This document shows, piece after piece, positions 43,315-53,153 of a DNA stretch of 64,000 bases (its first letter is position 1; each line of letters begins with the position of its first letter). The stretch spans positions 2,060-66,059 of the forward strand of contig JAMLIA010000007.1 in assembly GCA_023954495.1 (NCBI GenBank). The letters are read 5' to 3'. The notes beneath the pieces were generated by a model. That model made no database searches, was not told where the DNA came from, and worked only from the letters and a program-made list of their open reading frames with translations. The position numbers and the translations under genes were made by a program. Origin of the DNA: Thermomicrobiales bacterium. GTDB lineage: Bacteria > Chloroflexota > Chloroflexia > Thermomicrobiales > CFX8.

Positions 43315-44145
43315 ATGGATACTGGCATTCTGGTCGCCGTTGGCGCGATCATCCTCTTTCTGATCATCCTTGTATCGGCCACGATCAAGGTCGTGCAGGA
43401 GTACGAGCGCGGTGTCGTCTTCCGGCTCGGACGCCTCGCCGGTGCGCGCGGCCCCGGCCTGATCCTGCTGGTGCCGTTCGTCGAGCGCATGATCCGCGTC
43501 GATCTCCGGACGTTGACGATGGACATTCCACGTCAGGAGGTCATCACGCGCGACAACGTGACGGTCAACGTGAATGCTGTCGCCTACTTCCGCGTCGTCG
43601 ATGCGGGCATGGCGATGGTCAATATTGCCGACTACGTCCGCGCGACATCGCAGATCGCCCAGACGACGCTACGGTCGATCCTCGGGCAGGTTGAGCTGGA
43701 TGAGCTGCTGGCAGAACGCGAAATCATCAACCAGAAATTGCAGGCCATCATCGACGAGCAGACCGAGCCATGGGGCGTCAAGGTCAGTGTCGTCGAGATT
43801 AAGGATGTCGAACTGCCCGAGTCGATGCAGCGCGCGATGGCCCGCCAGGCAGAGGCAGAGCGCGAGAAGCGCGCCAAGATCATCCACGCCGAAGGTGAAG
43901 CGCTGGCGGCCCAGCAGCTCCACAACGCTGCGTCGATCATCGCCACCGAGCCGACTGCACTCCAACTACGCTATCTGCAGACGCTCACCGAGGTTGCCTC
44001 GGAGAAGAACTCGACCATCCTGTTCCCGGTGCCGATCGATCTCATCAGCGCGTTTATGGGCCTGGCGCAGAGCGGCGGCGACGACGATCGCCCCAAGACA
44101 CCACAACCGGCGGTGTCAACGACTCCTGAGGAGACTGCGTCTTGA
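43315..44145 (+). CDS. SPFH/band 7 (stomatin-like) protein
   Basis: IKVVQEYERGVVFRLGRL...DLRTLTMDIPRQEVITRDNVTVNVNAVAYFRV...EAEREKRAKIIHAEGE. Confidence 0.9.
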   Translation: MDTGILVAVGAIILFLIILVSATIKVVQEYERGVVFRLGRLAGARGPGLILLVPFVERMIRVDLRTLTMDIPRQEVITRDNVTVNVNAVAYFRVVDAGMAMVNIADYVRATSQIAQTTLRSILGQVELDELLAEREIINQKLQAIIDEQTEPWGVKVSVVEIKDVELPESMQRAMARQAEAEREKRAKIIHAEGEALAAQQLHNAASIIATEPTALQLRYLQTLTEVASEKNSTILFPVPIDLISAFMGLAQSGGDDDRPKTPQPAVSTTPEETAS

Positions 44146-45017
44146 GCCGATCAGATCTGGCCGTGTCGCGGTGGAAGGAACGACTGACGCCGATCACGGT
44201 CAATGGCCTGCGCACGTTCGTCCTCGATGAGGGTGTCGGCGATCCCGTGGTCTTCCTGCACGGCATCCCCACATCCAGCTTTCTCTGGCGAGATGTAGTG
44301 CCGGTCGTGGCACTGGAGCGTCGCTGCATCGTGCCGGACCTACTGGGATTCGGACTGGCGGATCGACCAGACACAGCCGACCTCTCCCCAGATGGACAGG
44401 CGGCATTCCTTACCGGTGTGCTGGATGCATTGGGCGCAGAGCGTGTGGCGCTCGTTGGACACGATTACGGCGCACTCGTCGCCTGCGAATTTCTGGCGCG
44501 CAGTCCGGAGCGTGTCAGCGCAATGGTCGTGACCAACACCAGCGTCTGGCTCGACGACTGGAAGTCCTCATCACTCTCGCCGCTCCGGATGATCAACGCG
44601 CCGGTTGTCGGCAAGATCGCCACTTTCGCTGCACGCCCGTTCATGCTGAAGCAGGCATTCCGCTTCTATGTCGACGAGGTGGACCGTCTTACTGACGAGG
44701 TGATGGCGGTCTACTGGCACCCGTTCACCGACGGATTCTGGAATGTGCTGCGCCGCCTCAATGAGATTGACGGTATGACGTCGGGTGAGTTCCATCGCTG
44801 GCGTGAGGCGCTCTACAACTTCCAGGGGCCGGGGCTGGTGGCGTGGGGAGCGAACGACCCAACGTTCCCGCCGAATCGCGGCGCGGAGATCGGCAAGCTC
44901 CTGCACGACAGCCGCACGGACATCTTTGAGCACGCCAACCACTTCCTCCCGGTAGACAGGCCGGACGCGCTGGGTCGCCTGATCGTCGCATTCCTGAACG
45001 GATCACTGCTGCGCTAG
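44142..45017 (+). CDS. Alpha/beta hydrolase (haloalkane dehalogenase-like)
   Basis: VVFLHGIPTSSFLWR..., LVGHDYGA nucleophile elbow variant. The TTG start overlaps the upstream stop. Confidence 0.8.
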   Translation: MSRSDLAVSRWKERLTPITVNGLRTFVLDEGVGDPVVFLHGIPTSSFLWRDVVPVVALERRCIVPDLLGFGLADRPDTADLSPDGQAAFLTGVLDALGAERVALVGHDYGALVACEFLARSPERVSAMVVTNTSVWLDDWKSSSLSPLRMINAPVVGKIATFAARPFMLKQAFRFYVDEVDRLTDEVMAVYWHPFTDGFWNVLRRLNEIDGMTSGEFHRWREALYNFQGPGLVAWGANDPTFPPNRGAEIGKLLHDSRTDIFEHANHFLPVDRPDALGRLIVAFLNGSLLR

Positions 45018-46235
45018 CGCGTCGCCGTCGGCGAAATCCGCAGACTTGCGGCCCACAAACGCATCGCCCATTCGCTGCGCCTCGCCATAGACGAGGCGCA
45101 GCGGTGCATCGGCACTGCGGGCGATCTCCAGGCAGTCGGCGTATTCCGGGGTAGCTTCGACCACCCGCTCGTGCCAGAACTTCAGCTTCAGCCGTACGTC
45201 GCCCCAACGCGTCGCGACACTCACCCAGGCCCGACCGGCGCGCGTGCGATCGATCGCCGTGGCGCGAACGCCGAAGGTGCTGCTGTTGTCGAACAGCACA
45301 TCCTCAATCGCCCCGCGTCGCTCGCTGGCGATAATCGCGCTGACGATCACTGCCGGTCGTCCTCGCTTCATCACAATCGGCGTCAGATAGGCATCGAGCG
45401 CTCCAGCGGCAAACAACCGCTCCAGGAGCAGCTCGTAGAACTCCGGGTTCATGTCGTCGATATTGGCTTCGATCAGCAGCTCAGTGTCCAGCCCCGGCGC
45501 AGCATCTCCGGTCTCGTCCGTAACCATCTCGCCGAGCCAGATCCGCAGCGCATTGGGCCACGGCAACTCGCGTTGGCCGAATCCGTAACCAACTGCGGTC
45601 GATCGGAAGGCGGGGCGCTCAAACTCAGCCAACGTGGTCAGAATTGTCGCGCCGGTCGGCGTTAGCAGCTCGGCCTGCACGTCGGCATCAATCGACGGCG
45701 CGCCTGACCGAGCCAGCAACGCTGCCGTGGCCGGTGCGGGAATGGGGATCGTCCCGTGCTGAGATTGCGCGAAGCCGCGACCCAATGCCGGTGGCCCGGA
45801 GTACACGCGCTCGATACCCATCAGGTGCAACGCAGCGGCAGTACCGACGATGTCAACGATCGCGTCGACACCGCCAACCTCGTGGAAGTGGACGCGGTCA
45901 ACGGACGTGCCGTGAATCTGCGCTTCGACTTCGGCTAGCGAGCGGAACATGGCGAGCGCGGCAGCACGCACCGGATCCGGCAAGTCAGCCCGCACTAACA
46001 GATCGCGAATGGCACTCCAGTCACGCGGCTCGGGGTCGCCTTCCACGATCACCCGCACGCGGGTACCGTGAATGCCATGCTGTGATGCGCCTTCGGATCG
46101 CAGCTCCCAACCAGGCAGCCGGAGGCCACGCAGCACTTCATTTAGGTCGCCGATTGACAGCCCGGCGTCGAGAAACGCGCCGAGCACCATATCGCCGCTG
46201 GCACCTGAATATGGATCGAACCAGACGATGCGCAC
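45003..46235 (-). CDS. larC: LarC-family nickel insertion protein (DUF111)
   Basis: FDPYSGASGDMVLGAFLDAG, HFHEVGGVDAIVDIVG, GTIPIPAPAT. Confidence 0.88.
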   Translation of the reverse strand: MRIVWFDPYSGASGDMVLGAFLDAGLSIGDLNEVLRGLRLPGWELRSEGASQHGIHGTRVRVIVEGDPEPRDWSAIRDLLVRADLPDPVRAAALAMFRSLAEVEAQIHGTSVDRVHFHEVGGVDAIVDIVGTAAALHLMGIERVYSGPPALGRGFAQSQHGTIPIPAPATAALLARSGAPSIDADVQAELLTPTGATILTTLAEFERPAFRSTAVGYGFGQRELPWPNALRIWLGEMVTDETGDAAPGLDTELLIEANIDDMNPEFYELLLERLFAAGALDAYLTPIVMKRGRPAVIVSAIIASERRGAIEDVLFDNSSTFGVRATAIDRTRAGRAWVSVATRWGDVRLKLKFWHERVVEATPEYADCLEIARSADAPLRLVYGEAQRMGDAFVGRKSADFADGDALAQQ

Positions 46236-46305
46236 GTGATCTCCCCTCCCCGATCAGGCCATACCCGGTCAGGTTAGAGGATACTCGTCAACAGGTCAGG
46301 TGAAA

Positions 46306-47454
46306 CTATGTCTGTGGGATGTCCGTTCCGGCGGCTGCCCGGCGACGCGCGGCATGCTCAACGTGGAGCTGTCCGCACGCCGCTGCAATCTCGACGCCGC
46401 GCGAATAGCGAACAGTCGCCGGAATGCCGGCCTGGCTGAGGATGCCTGCGAAGTGGTTGATCACGTCTTCGGCGGGGCGCTCGTAGGGATACGCGGGCGT
46501 CGGGTTGTACGGGATCAGGTTGACGTGGCAACGCAGATTCCGCAGTTGGCGCGCAAGCTGCCGCGCGTCCTCGTCGCGGGTGTTGACCCCGTTCAGCATC
46601 GCGTACTCGAACGACACTCGGCGTCCAGTTGTGCCGATGTAGCGTCGCACCGCTCCGATGAGATCGGCCAACGGCCAGCGGCGATTGAGCGGCACCAGCT
46701 CCGAACGCAACTCGTCATTGCCGGCGTGGATCGAGATCGCCAGATTAACCTGGTATGGCTCGTCAGCCAGCTTCTCGATAAATGGGACAACACCAGAGGT
46801 CGAGATCGTGATCCGGCGTGCGCCGAAGCCCAGCCCGACCGGATCGTGGATGATGGCGATCATCTTCATGACGTTGTCGTAGTTGTGGAACGGCTCGCCC
46901 ATGCCCATCATCACGAGGTTGGTCAGTGGTCGCCCCTTCTCGGCAGCGCGGCGAGCCATATCGACGACCTGCGCGACCATCTCGCCAGCGCTGAGGTTGC
47001 GCTGCAAGCCCATCAGTCCGGTCGCGCAGAATGAGCAACCAACCGCGCATCCAACCTGACACGAGACGCACACCGTCGCGCGATCGGGATAGAACATCAG
47101 CACCGTTTCGAGCGTCTGCCCATCGGCGGTCTGATAAAGCACCTTGAGCGTTTCGCCGTCGTCAGTCCACCACTCCTGCAGGGGAGTCAGCGCCGCAAAC
47201 GGCAGATCCTCGTTCAGCCGCTCACGTAGTGCTTTCGGCAGAACCGTGACTGCGTCGTAGCTCGTGACATGCTGCCGGTATACCCACGAGAACAGTTGCC
47301 GGGCACGGTATGCCGGCGCACCCCGTTCGGTGAACCACGCCTCCAGTTCATCAAGCTGAAACTCGTAGACATTCGACGGCACGAACCGCCCATTTCGGGC
47401 GACTGGCCGCATCACTAACTGTGGTTCCGGGGTGGTCTGTTCGATGCTCTTCAT
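46306..47454 (-). CDS. rlmN: 23S rRNA/tRNA (adenine-C2)-methyltransferase, radical SAM
   Basis: CVSCQVGCAVGCSFCATG, MGMGEPFHNY, ISIHA. The start was moved to ATG 47454 (MKSIEQ...). Confidence 0.92.
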   Translation of the reverse strand: MKSIEQTTPEPQLVMRPVARNGRFVPSNVYEFQLDELEAWFTERGAPAYRARQLFSWVYRQHVTSYDAVTVLPKALRERLNEDLPFAALTPLQEWWTDDGETLKVLYQTADGQTLETVLMFYPDRATVCVSCQVGCAVGCSFCATGLMGLQRNLSAGEMVAQVVDMARRAAEKGRPLTNLVMMGMGEPFHNYDNVMKMIAIIHDPVGLGFGARRITISTSGVVPFIEKLADEPYQVNLAISIHAGNDELRSELVPLNRRWPLADLIGAVRRYIGTTGRRVSFEYAMLNGVNTRDEDARQLARQLRNLRCHVNLIPYNPTPAYPYERPAEDVINHFAGILSQAGIPATVRYSRGVEIAAACGQLHVEHAARRRAAAGTDIPQT

Positions 47455-47597
47455 TCTGGAAATGATACCAGTCGTCGCAACGCTTATGTCGACTGCGAAT
47501 ACATAATAGTCCGTTGCGACAGCACGAGGGACGGGCCCGTCACTTCGTTCAGGATCACAGAGGATTGGGCTGGAGCGTGGTGACAGTCGTCCGTGTC

Positions 47598-47758
47598 GGG
47601 CGGGTGGGAGATCTTTCGGTTGCGACCTCAAGATGACAGGACGAAGGGTTTGCTTCCAAGCCAGCAGTTCGTCGGTGCCAGCAATGGCGAGTAGTCGGAT
47701 CCGATAGCCACCTCCTTGTCCTGTCATCTTGGTCGCAACCGAAGATCTCCACCCGCCC
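47598..47758. repeat. Palindromic MITE/REP-like element, copy 3 (variant subfamily)
   Basis: Arms gggcgggtgggagatctttcggttgcgacctcaagatgacaggac and gtcctgtcatcttggtcgcaaccgaagatctccacccgccc are inverted with small indels. They share the GGGAGAT...GATGACAGG ends with copies 1 and 2. Confidence 0.8.
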
Positions 47759-47909
47759 GCCTCAGTCCAATGCCGGAAAGAATTCGCGCGTGTGCGATCA
47801 AGACAACCTGCGCTGATCACCCGCTGGAGTTGACAGCCCAGCACGTGGCGGGTATTGAGCACCAACATGAAGTCTGGCTTGGGCAGCGCGCCTGAGCACA
47901 GGACAGTCG

Positions 47910-48758
47910 ATGGAATTGAGATACGAGGGAGCGCCAGTGGCAACTGACTGGAGCGCGGTCGACGAGCTGGTTGGGACTATCGAATCTGCGTCCGGGGGGA
48001 CGGTCGGCATCGCCGTCATCGGGCCGAATGGCGAGCGTTGGAGCCACAACGGCGACCGGCAGTTCCGCGCCGCCAGCACGATGAAGATCCCGCTGATGAT
48101 CGAGATTTTCCGCCAGATCGATCGCGGCGAACGCACGCTCAACGATCCGTACACGCTCACGGCTGACGACAAAGCGATTGGCAGTGGTGTGCTGCTGCAC
48201 TTGCATGACGGCATCGGAATCACGCTCAACGACATCATCTACCTGATGATCTCGATCAGCGACAACACTGCGACCAACATCCTGATTGATATGGCCGGGA
48301 TGGACGAGGTCAATGCTCTCATGCGTGAGCTTGAGATGCCGAACTCAACACTCGGGCGCAAGATGAAGGGCCGCCCCGCCGTCGCCGGTGAGCAGGAGAA
48401 CTTCGCCACACCCGACGATTACGCGAACGTTGTTGCGTCATTGTTCGATGGCACCGCAGCATCGCCGACCAGTTGCGATGCGATGATCGAAATGTTGACG
48501 CGCCAGCAGAACCCGCGCCGTATCCCGCGCTACCTGCCAGAGAGCGACGACATACGCTGGGGCACGAAGACCGGCAGCATTAAGGGCGTCACCAACGACG
48601 TCGGTTTTGTCGAGACACCGGCCGGTCGGACGATCGTCGCCGCGTTCTGCGAGGACTTCCCGGACCAGCATGATGGCGAGTTCGCGATCGGCGAGCTCAG
48701 CCGCGCGGCGATGAACGCGTGTGGCACGTGGCCGGCTGGCGACGCGTCCGGATCATGA
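47910..48758 (+). CDS. Class A beta-lactamase-related serine hydrolase
   Basis: SxxK (ASTMK), SDN (ISISDNTATN) and KTG (TKTGSIKG) motifs. Confidence 0.85.
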   Translation: MELRYEGAPVATDWSAVDELVGTIESASGGTVGIAVIGPNGERWSHNGDRQFRAASTMKIPLMIEIFRQIDRGERTLNDPYTLTADDKAIGSGVLLHLHDGIGITLNDIIYLMISISDNTATNILIDMAGMDEVNALMRELEMPNSTLGRKMKGRPAVAGEQENFATPDDYANVVASLFDGTAASPTSCDAMIEMLTRQQNPRRIPRYLPESDDIRWGTKTGSIKGVTNDVGFVETPAGRTIVAAFCEDFPDQHDGEFAIGELSRAAMNACGTWPAGDASGS

Positions 48759-49190
48759 CGGGCAGTTCCCGGCCTCGAAGGCATTGAGCGAGCGCTCGGT
48801 GAGTGTCCAGCGCCAGGTGCCGTCCAGCTTGACCACGTCGTAGAACGCCTCTCGGTCGTTCTCGCCCTGAGTGAAGCGGACCTTGACTTCGCGTGCTTCG
48901 ACCTCACCGAGCCACGGAATGTCCTTACTGACCTCACTGGACTTGAGGATCTTGAGGTTCTCAATCGATGGATCGTTCTTCGCTTCGCCATCAACACCGC
49001 AGCGGATGAAGAGATCCTTGGGGACCACGCGCTGCTGGGCGGGGTGCAGCGAGCCCCAGGCACCGGCGTAATCGCTGATGGACAACGAGGTCACGATGTC
49101 CTTGACCGCATCGCCAGCGCCATCGTCGCCTCCGCCACAGCCCGACAGGACAATCGCGACAAGGACGACGAGCAATAGCATTCTTCTCAC
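48753..49190 (-). CDS. Hypothetical lipoprotein
   Basis: Signal peptide and lipobox IVLSGCGG. The start is uncertain (49190 GTG or 49181 ATG). Confidence 0.65.
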   Translation of the reverse strand: MRRMLLLVVLVAIVLSGCGGGDDGAGDAVKDIVTSLSISDYAGAWGSLHPAQQRVVPKDLFIRCGVDGEAKNDPSIENLKILKSSEVSKDIPWLGEVEAREVKVRFTQGENDREAFYDVVKLDGTWRWTLTERSLNAFEAGNCPS

Positions 49191-49376
49191 GGACGAACTC
49201 CCCATCAACGCTGTCAAACAAGAGGGCAATTGCCACCGGCGTGACCTGACCGCTCATGCGCGATTGTTCCATACAGACGGAGTGAAGCGACCCGCTGCAA
49301 AGCGGTCAAGGTTGTGATACGTTACACAGCAGCGCGCCGGTGCGTGGGCGCGCGGGTGGGTGGACGAATCCGAGGT

Positions 49377-49934
49377 ATGAAAAGCATGTCCGAGATCCGG
49401 GAGATGGTCGATACGACGTCCCGTTCCAGGGGCGGTCGATGGCGGACACTGGTCCTAGCGGTCGTAGCGTTGCTTGCAGTTGCTGCAATCACCGCAGCAT
49501 GCGCAGGTGGCGACGATAGTGGCACGTCGATGGAGACGCTGGCGACGATGGAGGCACGCAACAGTGCCGGCCCGACCACGGCCCCGTCGGATGGCTCACC
49601 GGAGGCACCTCCTGAGGAGAGCAGCCCGGTCGTACTTCCTGACGGCAACGCTGACAATGGCAAGGCCCTCGCCACAAGCATGGGGTGCGTTGCCTGCCAC
49701 TCAGTGGATGGCTCCAAGATGACCGGTCCGACCTGGCAAGGTCTGTATGGCCACGAGGTCACGCTGGACGACGGCTCGACAGTGACCGCCGACGTTACCT
49801 ACCTGCACGATGCCATCATGAGCCCGAACAAGCAGGTCGTGGACGGTTACTCGCCGATCATGCCGGACTTCTCAGCGCAGCTCGACGACCAGAAGGTCGC
49901 CGACATCATCGCCTACATTCAGTCGCTGCAATAG
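49377..49934 (+). CDS. c-type cytochrome lipoprotein (class I)
   Basis: Lipobox ITAACAG, heme motif CVACH, and a distal Met region (YSPIMPDF). Confidence 0.85.
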   Translation: MKSMSEIREMVDTTSRSRGGRWRTLVLAVVALLAVAAITAACAGGDDSGTSMETLATMEARNSAGPTTAPSDGSPEAPPEESSPVVLPDGNADNGKALATSMGCVACHSVDGSKMTGPTWQGLYGHEVTLDDGSTVTADVTYLHDAIMSPNKQVVDGYSPIMPDFSAQLDDQKVADIIAYIQSLQ

Positions 49935-49960
49935 CCCGACAGATCATCACTGACTACGAA

Positions 49961-49990
49961 GCGGGGCGCTATTTCTGTGCCCCGCTTTTT
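49961..49990. terminator. Intrinsic terminator between convergent genes
   Basis: gcggggc (49961-49967) / gccccgc (49979-49985) stem followed by ttttt (49986-49990). Confidence 0.7.
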
Positions 49991-50430
49991 CATGGCTCAG
50001 GTGTGAAGTTCACAGGATGCCCGGCGAAGTGGCATTCGCGATGAAACTGATCGAATTGTTCGCCGCGATAGGCGCACAGGTCGCAGTGGCTGCGTCCAAA
50101 CAACTGATCGAACAACTGCACATCCATTGAGGTCAGCGGCTTGCTCACCGCCAGCCGCTTGTATTCCGCCAACACCAGATCGCGCATCGACTCTGACAGC
50201 ACTGCAGGGTAGACGAGCGTATGCGCTTCTCCACTTTTCCGATCGCGATAGGTGATCGAACGCTCGCCGCCATTGACGCGGTCAGCCACGATGTCGAGCA
50301 GCTTCCAGTCCACTGCTGCCGACGCCGAGAGGTATTGCAGTAGTCGGGCTTTGTCGATCGTCTCCGTCGCCAGCTTGTCCAGCAGCGGCATGACCCGCCG
50401 AACTACGTCGCGTGTGGCCTGGTATGTCAT
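49990..50430 (-). CDS. Hypothetical protein with C-terminal Cys/His cluster
   Basis: High third-position GC. C-terminus HCDLCAYRGEQFDQFHRECHFAGH. The start was moved to ATG 50430. Confidence 0.6.
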   Translation of the reverse strand: MTYQATRDVVRRVMPLLDKLATETIDKARLLQYLSASAAVDWKLLDIVADRVNGGERSITYRDRKSGEAHTLVYPAVLSESMRDLVLAEYKRLAVSKPLTSMDVQLFDQLFGRSHCDLCAYRGEQFDQFHRECHFAGHPVNFTPEP

Positions 50431-50575
50431 TGCGCGATCCACCCCTCTTCACAAGCTGACGAATCTGCAGGATGGACGATCCGGAGCCAACAAGTACGCT
50501 CTTCAGGGTTGCTGGACGTTGCAAGATCGACCGTTCCTGAACCATACTCCGCAATTGATGATCGTGGAAACGAAT

Positions 50576-51082
50576 ATGGCACCATTTCCGCAACCAGTCC
50601 TTGAACTGGCCGAACTGCTCGGAGCACACCTCCGGCAACGCGGCTGGACGTGTGCGACCGCCGAATCGTGTACCGGCGGCGGCATCGGGTACGCCATCAC
50701 ATCGATCGCCGGTTCGTCGGACTACTTCATGGGCGGGATCATTTCGTACTCCAACGCTGCCAAGGCGCAACTGCTGGGAGTGCGGCAGCAGACCTTGGAG
50801 CAGGTCGGAGCGGTCAGCGCCGAATGTGCTGCCGAAATGGCAACCGGCGTCCGTGGCGCAGTCGGCGTCGATCTGGGTATCGCCAGCACAGGCATAGCCG
50901 GGCCGGGCGGCGCAACCGCCCGCAAACCTGTTGGCCTCGTCTACATCGCCGTGAGCTGGCCTGATGGCGTTGAGGTACGCGAGCTGAACCTGTCAGGAAC
51001 CCGGGCAGAGATTATGCAATTGTCGATACATGAGGCGCTGGCGCTGGCGTCGCGCATATTGGGGAATACATCACCCAGCTAG
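50576..51082 (+). CDS. pncC: CinA C-terminal domain / nicotinamide-nucleotide amidohydrolase-like
   Basis: TCATAESCTGGGIGYAITSIAGSSDYF...GIASTGIAGPGG. The start was moved to ATG 50576. Confidence 0.85.
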   Translation: MAPFPQPVLELAELLGAHLRQRGWTCATAESCTGGGIGYAITSIAGSSDYFMGGIISYSNAAKAQLLGVRQQTLEQVGAVSAECAAEMATGVRGAVGVDLGIASTGIAGPGGATARKPVGLVYIAVSWPDGVEVRELNLSGTRAEIMQLSIHEALALASRILGNTSPS

Positions 51083-51099
51083 AGGGAACAGGAACCGGA

Positions 51100-52407
51100 G
51101 TGACCGTAGCGACCACCAGCCCACGCAACGAGACCACAGATTTCTACCGCAAGACGACGCTACCGAATGGCGTCCGGATCGTGACCAGCCCGATGGACCA
51201 TGTCCACTCGGCCACGATCGTCTTCAACTACAACGTCGGCTCGCGCTGGGAGGCAGAGTCACAGGCCGGTATCTCACACGTCCTGGAGCACATGCTGTTC
51301 AAGGGCACCGAGCGACGGCCAGACCCGGCCACGATCTCGGAAGAGATCGAAGGGGTCGGCGGCATCCTCAACGCAGCGACTGGGCGCGAAAGCACGAACT
51401 ATTGGGCGAAGGTGCCCGCCGGTCGCCTTGATCTGGCGTTTGATGTTCTCGCCGACATCCTTCGAAACTCAACGTTTCCCGACGATGAGCTCGAAAAGGA
51501 GCGCCTCGTCATCTTCGAGGAGATCCGTGGGATCGTCGACACGCCGGACGATCTTGTCCACGACGTGATCGACGAGGTGATCTGGGACAACCAGCCGGTT
51601 GGCCGCTCGATCATCGGCACTGAAGAGACTGTTGGATCGGTCCGCTCCGATGACCTGCGCGCCTACCTCGACACGTTCTATCGCCCGGAGCGCCTCGTTA
51701 TCGCTGTTGCCGGTAAGGTGGACCACGATCATGTCGTTGAGCTCGCCGACCGTTGCTTTGGCGATATGTCGGCCTCGGCACCGATTGAGCTCCTGCCGTC
51801 CGTCTTTCAACACACCGCGCCAGCCATTCGCGTCGTGAATCGCCCGACCGAGCAAGCGCATCTCTGCATCGGCCACCCGGCCCTGCCCTACACCGACGAG
51901 CGGCGCTACTCGCAGGGCATGATCGACGCAATCCTCTCCAGCGGCATGAGCTCGCGGCTGTTCCAGGAGATCCGTGAGCGGCGCGGGCTGGTCTATTCCG
52001 TCTTCGGTTACTTCCGCCAATACGCTGACGTCGGCCAGGGCGTCGTCTACGCCGGCACCGATCTGCAGCGTATCGACGAGACGATCGACGCGATTCTCGT
52101 TGAGCTGAACAAGATCCGAACGACCGCGGTTTCGGAAGAAGAGCTGCGCCGAACGAAGGATCTGCGTAAAGGTCGCTTGCTCATGGGCCTCGAAGACTCA
52201 CGCTCAGTGGCAGGCTGGATCGGCTCGCAGGAGCTGACCTTCGGCGAGATCCTGACACCGGAGGAAGTCATGGAGCGCATCGAGGCGGTGGATGCCGAAT
52301 CGATGCTGGAGCTCGCCCGCGACCTGATTCGCGGAGAGGCGCTGTCGCTGGCGATTGTCGGGCCGTACGATGATGAGCAACATTTCCGCGACCGACTCAA
52401 GTTCTGA
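51100..52407 (+). CDS. M16-family (pitrilysin-like) zinc peptidase
   Basis: Inverted zinc motif HVLEHMLFKGT and a downstream Glu region. Confidence 0.88.
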   Translation: MTVATTSPRNETTDFYRKTTLPNGVRIVTSPMDHVHSATIVFNYNVGSRWEAESQAGISHVLEHMLFKGTERRPDPATISEEIEGVGGILNAATGRESTNYWAKVPAGRLDLAFDVLADILRNSTFPDDELEKERLVIFEEIRGIVDTPDDLVHDVIDEVIWDNQPVGRSIIGTEETVGSVRSDDLRAYLDTFYRPERLVIAVAGKVDHDHVVELADRCFGDMSASAPIELLPSVFQHTAPAIRVVNRPTEQAHLCIGHPALPYTDERRYSQGMIDAILSSGMSSRLFQEIRERRGLVYSVFGYFRQYADVGQGVVYAGTDLQRIDETIDAILVELNKIRTTAVSEEELRRTKDLRKGRLLMGLEDSRSVAGWIGSQELTFGEILTPEEVMERIEAVDAESMLELARDLIRGEALSLAIVGPYDDEQHFRDRLKF

Positions 52408-52425
52408 TCGGTGACTGGCGGGTAG

Positions 52426-53136
52426 ATGAACGCGACTGAGCAGGCCGACATTCTCATCGTCGAAGATGACCGGGCCATCGCCTCGGCGGTTCGTCGTGGG
52501 CTCGCATTCGAGGGCTACAAGGTGACGGTCGCAGAGTCCGGCGGTCAGGCGCTGAATCTGGCACGAGACAACATGCCTGACCTGGTCGTGCTCGACATCA
52601 TGATCCCCGGAATCGACGGGCTCGAAGTCTGTCGTCGCCTACGAGCCGCTGGCGAAGAAGTCCCCATCCTGATGCTGACCGCGCGCGATGAAGTCGCCGA
52701 CCGGGTCGCCGGACTCGACGCTGGTGCCGATGACTACCTCGTCAAGCCGTTCGCCTTCGAGGAGTTGGTCGCGCGCATCCGGGCACTGCTGCGCAGGCGC
52801 GACCGACGCGAGGAGGAATCGCTCAGTCTGGGTGGCGAGATCCTGCGCTACGGCGATCTCTCGCTCGACACGACGACCCGCTTTGCCCACCGCGGCCAGC
52901 GCCGGATCGATCTGACGACGCGCGAATTTGATCTGCTGATGCTCTTCCTGCGCCACCCGAATCAGGTTCTGCCGCGCGATGTGATCATGGAGCGCGTGTG
53001 GGGCTACGACTTCCCCGGCGAGTCGAACGTGCTGGAAGTCTATGTGAAGAATCTGCGACGCCTGCTTGAGGCGGACGGCGAGAGTCGCCTGCTGCAAACT
53101 GTTCGCGGGGCGGGGTACGTCCTGCGACGAGACTAG
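52426..53136 (+). CDS. OmpR-family response regulator
   Basis: Receiver domain ([13 protein letters not shown]) and winged-helix output domain ([20 protein letters not shown]...GAGYVLR). Confidence 0.92.
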   Translation: MNATEQADILIVEDDRAIASAVRRGLAFEGYKVTVAESGGQALNLARDNMPDLVVLDIMIPGIDGLEVCRRLRAAGEEVPILMLTARDEVADRVAGLDAGADDYLVKPFAFEELVARIRALLRRRDRREEESLSLGGEILRYGDLSLDTTTRFAHRGQRRIDLTTREFDLLMLFLRHPNQVLPRDVIMERVWGYDFPGESNVLEVYVKNLRRLLEADGESRLLQTVRGAGYVLRRD

Positions 53137-53153
53137 CCTACGGAACGAGCATC

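Noticed and set aside
47455-47943. 5' extension of the rlmN track ORF (545 aa).
   Set aside because: The extension reads through the palindromic repeat and intergenic DNA. RlmN homology starts at MKSIEQ (ATG 47454), giving a normal 382-aa protein.
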